Origin: Paraphysomonas bandaiensis
Lineage: Eukaryota > Protista > Chrysophyceae
Direction of reading: 5' to 3'
Length of the DNA: 64,000 nt
NCBI GenBank assembly: GCA_965644295.1
Contig: CBFFRP010000410.1
Span: forward strand, 248,001-312,000
Positions 59,738 to 64,000 of this stretch are shown piece by piece. Positions within the stretch are counted from its first letter, which is position 1. The number at the start of each line of letters is the position of its first letter. The notes under the pieces are model-generated. The model was not told where the DNA came from, searched no databases, and saw nothing but the letters and a program-made list of their open reading frames with translations. A program made the position numbers and the translations under genes.

Positions 59738-60622
59738 TTTAACATGAGCTATTGATAGAAACTCATTGGACGACACGTATATTTTCTACCCATCTACATT
59801 AGTGTATCATTTCCTTCCTTACGATTCATAATATGAATCGACTTTTGTTTTCGTTTGGATTGCATACTGCATACTTATACCCACCGAGAATGAGGAACTC
59901 CTGAATACAGAGAGAGAATGTGTGGAGAAAATGTTTTTGCCAACTTTTAGAGCAACCGTTTTCAGAACTTGGTCATGGTACAGACAGCAAGTTTTAAGAT
60001 CATAATGTGAAAGTGGCCCATCCCTACAGTGATGTAGTAGATATTAGGATATCCAGGTGTAGAAAATGAATATTGAATTAGTGAGACTAAATAGTAAATA
60101 GCAGTTGTTGGTATTAAATATAGTCCTCATTTGGAAATTTGACGAGTGCCTGAATAGCTGTATTTATTATTATAGGGCCACTGATAAGAAATCATCCTTC
60201 CCATAAATAGAATAGGCATTTAGTTTCTCACTATTTTCATGGTCACTACCCAAATGTCTTTCAGGCTCAGACATCAATGACAGTAGCATTGGAGTATGTT
60301 GTAACCTCAATTGAAGTACTACTGTATAAGATGTGCCTAACACATAATTTAAGTCCTGCATTTACTCCAGTTATATATGAATATAATAAAGCTTGCTTAT
60401 ATTGCCTAGAATATGCAGTGGAAAATAGAGTCAGTTTGCACGATGCGGAGTTAGTTACATCTCAGGGACATATCGCAGTACCACGCATTCTAAATAAAAC
60501 TGAATATACTCAAAACTGCAAAGAAATGAGTCATATAACATTTAAAGCGCTATCATCTTTACTTCAGCAAAGAAACGATCACATAATCGACTTCTCAATC
60601 CAATATATCTTACTCCATAAGA

Positions 60623-62307
60623 TCAAGGGTTAGAAGTTTTCGGAGGCGAATTAATCAGAGAAGATATTTTCTTGTTTAATTCCGTGAATGCAGTGTGGAA
60701 CTCCATGATATCGCCCTTGCCCCTTCTCACCTGTGTGTGCACGCAACATTTAAAGATTACAAATGCAAAAGAAAACTATAACCTCTAACAAAGATATGGT
60801 CCCTGGATCTGCTAAAACGGCATATATCTGAACCGATATTCCAATCATTCCTTTGGCCGTTAAAAGAGTTGCCTTTGCCTTCATATTACTCGATTGTTGT
60901 GCCGTAACCTCAAATCCCATTTCACGAAGTGCCTCCGTTACACCACTCATCAGCCGATCGGGGCTTGAGTAGCTAGTGAACTGAAACGTTCTCTTGGTTA
61001 CTTTATCAGCCCGTGGTCGAAAAACTCTATCCAATGCGAATCCACCACACTGATTGACCAAGTCAAATGCATTCAAATGTTTCGGAGCCCGTGCTACTTC
61101 TTGCTGGCCATTATCACTGTCGGCACCACTGTCTGCCTCTTCAGCGTCTTCCACCGCGTTTTGTACTCCAGCCTCAATTTCCTTTTCCGTAGGAACTCTG
61201 GGAACTGCACGGCTGCTCTCGTGCCCTCCATCAACAGGAGCACCTGCCCTTCGGCGAGAATCTCTTCCACTTCCCATCACAGGTTTGCTGTCATCAGGTG
61301 GTGTATCCTGATCTTCTTTTGCCGCAGATCTTGCGGCAGCAACTGTGTTGTTAAGCGAAGGCGTCGGATGATAGCTCTTCGGCCCATCATCAAATGTAAC
61401 CCACGGGTGATTTCGCACATCAGTCAGAGTTACTCGTTCCTTTGGGTCAGCAACCAAAATCGAATCCAAAAGCGAACGAACTTCAGCAGAAAACCACGAC
61501 GGATAGGTGAAATCTGCCGCTTGAATCTTCGAAAATAAGGCCACAATGGTCGATTCGTCGAAAGGAAGAAACCCGGCAAGAAGAACATACAGTATAACTC
61601 CAATACTCCATACGTCTGCCTTCTTCCCTTCGTAACCGCGGTCAGCAAGAACCTCTGGGGCCACGTAATTTGGAGTTCCGCAAGTTGTGTGCAATAACTC
61701 TGTACGGGATGCACCATCACCATCAGCATCACCTACATATAACGATGACAGCCCAAAGTCGCTTATCTTAAGGTTTCCTTGCTCATCTAGGAGTAAGTTT
61801 TCTGGTTTCAAATCTCGGTGACATACTCCTAACCCATGACAGTATTCAACTCCTTCAACTAATTGGCGGAAATAAAAGCGAGCCATTTCTTCTGAAAAGC
61901 GGCCTTCGCTGACAATCTTATCGAACAGTTCCCCGCCAGTTACCAACTCCAAGACAATAAATATTTTCGTTCGCGATGCTAAAACTTCTTTCATGCCTAC
62001 AACATACTGATGTCTTACAATCTTCATGATTGATATTTCCTTCTTGATCTGTGGGCCCATATTTTGCTTCTGAATTTTTTCTTTGTCCAGAACCTGCAGA
62101 ACCCTCCAGTAAGAAACGACTGAAGCAGAGCGCACAGAATACCTTAATTGCAACAGGCTCTGAAGTTTCAGTGTTGACTGCATACTTAACCCTTAACGAA
62201 CAGCCATATCAATAAATTAAAATAGACGGAATTAGAGTGACGTACTTTCCGAACGTGCCTTCACCAAGAGTGCGAAACAGCTCGTACTTTCCGACTTTTT
62301 TAACCAT
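60623..62307 (-). CDS. CIPK: CBL-interacting (SnRK3/CIPK-type) Ser/Thr kinase with NAF domain
   Basis: MVKKVGKYELFRTLGEGTFGK, HRDLKPENLL, LHTTCGTPNYVAPEV, NAF motif HLNAFDLVNQCGGFALDRVF; last exon VRRGKGDIMEFH with stop at 60623-60625. Confidence 0.92.
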
Positions 62308-62800
62308 AATATTCAGGTAACTGTGACGACAACACACTGAGGGCCTATGAGCAGGCGAGGTTAATAATAAGTATCCCTGAACCCGTTTGTTAGGTGAAGG
62401 TGTTGGTGTTATGGGAGTGTATGTGCGTATATGTGTGTATACATATATATGCACTGTGGTATGGTGCTGTTGTATATCCATACTGCATACTCTGCATTGT
62501 ACAACGAACAACACAGCGGTATGTATCGTACACTGTATTCTCGGTATTCGAGGACATACCATGAACATACGGTGATGAGTCCCTAAGCATGTCTCAGTGT
62601 ACACACCGCCGCACATATAAACAGAGCGACGAAGCAAAGGCACACCATCTAAGACACGGCTGCCCATTTAGGCCATAGAAGTCTTTGAGTATGAGTCAAC
62701 GAGTGTTCTTCCCTAACAGACACATATCAGTATAGATAAGAGCCGTACAGATACACACTCACACTTATAGATAGATAGATATAGATACTGTGCTTACGTT

Positions 62801-63951
62801 ATGAGATTGTTATCACTGGCGGTCTGTTTCATTTTTGTGTTGCACTCTTTCAACTCCGCATCCGAACCATCACAACAACATGCCGGCCACCTCGGAGTTA
62901 TTGCTGTCTGTATCAGGTAAAGTCGTAGGGTTTGTTACTTCTTTATACGCCGATGTGTTAATACGCTCGATTTAGTGGACAAATTGGGCGCATGCAACCA
63001 GAGCATTTACGACAAAGTCTAGTCTCGGCGAATTTAGATTATTTCTTCAATATATATTTTAATCTGCATAGTGCGAACGCCGTATATACCTATCGTCGGC
63101 CTGCTGCTGAGTCACCTTATGCTGAAATGACCTCTCTCGAAATAGAAATGCACATGAAGTCAATGTTTCTCACTGAGAACTCGAAGTTAGAGAGCTTTAC
63201 CATACGTAATAGGAGAACGACGCAAGAGTGGATGGATATTTTACAGCACCCACTGGATCGAATAACGCAGTTCACAAGCAATCAAAATGTCATTTTAAAT
63301 ATGTACGAGCATCACCAATCATGTGCATCAGATATATTACAATCGGAGAAACGCTCAGGTATTCGGCATCAATGGGTAATTTGTACAAGAGAGGATGTGT
63401 ATTTCTTTTCACCGCTGCGACTTGGTGCTCTGCTTAACCGATATATGCTATCTGGGAGATATTGCGACCTTTTGACAAAGGATTGCTTGGGCTGGGGTGG
63501 ATTTAATATGCGATTGCAGTTGATGCGTCGTGACATAGGCTTAAAAGCGCTTCAGCGTATCACTTTCTACCGCGATATGTATAACTTAAACCTAACTGCA
63601 AAAATGCCGGAAATATTTGAGGTATTACAAGCGAATAGGCTTGGTATCACGTCATGTCTCTTGCCTGTCGAAGAGATGCCAGTCACTGCTGCCCGGCTCT
63701 CTTATATTAACGGTTCTCTGTGTTTTATTCATCCAGAGCTCAAGGATTACAACATTAGCAGCAGGCCATGTGTCCCGCAAGAGAGTATGGACTTCGCTAT
63801 TTCTCACATATGTCCCCGAGAAAAGACACGATATCAATTTATTCCCTGGCAGTCCTTTGCATTTGTTCCTAACTCTGCTTTTCCTAAAGCATCCAAGAAA
63901 TTGCTGTATTCCTCTGTCCGTAAACCTCATGCAAGTCGTAGGGGCTCTTGA
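62801..63951 (+). CDS. Secreted/Golgi hypothetical protein, possibly glycosyltransferase-like
   Basis: Signal peptide MRLLSLAVCFIFVLHSFNS; intron 62917-62975 gives IAVCIS|GQIGR; WVICTREDVYF (RxD) motif. Confidence 0.65.
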
Positions 63952-64000
63952 TATTAGAACCTAACTGTAATCTCTTTAATTTCGTAGTACTTGTAGTGTA

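Noticed and set aside
60277-60633. 118-aa ORF convergent with CIPK
   Set aside because: Overlaps the CIPK stop and 3' UTR region, is AT-rich and has no motifs; unsupported.

Overview
Gene-dense eukaryotic nuclear DNA with short (~36-110 bp, mostly ~45-60 bp) GT-AG introns. The gene set (bifunctional DHFR-TS, NAF-domain CIPK, voltage-sensor/adenylate-cyclase fusion, Tweety) suggests a protist, most likely a stramenopile (inference). About 20 host genes can be modelled: Tweety, flavin amine oxidase, CWF18, PA-RING E3, a ~3,000-aa secreted Ig-like-repeat/TNFR-cysteine-repeat protein, an SBF2-domain-like protein, DHFR-TS, PITH, ARP4, VSD-adenylate cyclase, mitochondrial ferredoxin, EGF-PDZ-PA protein, APC2, CIPK and several hypotheticals. 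Four accessory islands lie between them. (1) 10.0-16.3 kb: an insert bracketed by a ~368-bp duplication of the giant gene's 5' end, holding an LTR-element 3' remnant, an orphan ORF and a decayed pogo-like transposase. (2) 34125-39735: a TG...CA-bounded element with a perfect 5-bp target-site duplication (GAAGA). It carries an intact, intronless NUGGC/SLIP-GC-like dynamin-family GTPase fused to a U-box E3 ligase, plus a nested Copia relic; this is the best candidate for an undescribed system. (3) 44.3-45.8 kb: a Copia gag-pol relic between partial copies of a structured repeat. (4) 58.65-59.74 kb: a ~1.1-kb fold-back palindrome interrupted by a 296-bp insertion with a 7-bp TSD. All calls were made by eye from motifs; no database searches were run.
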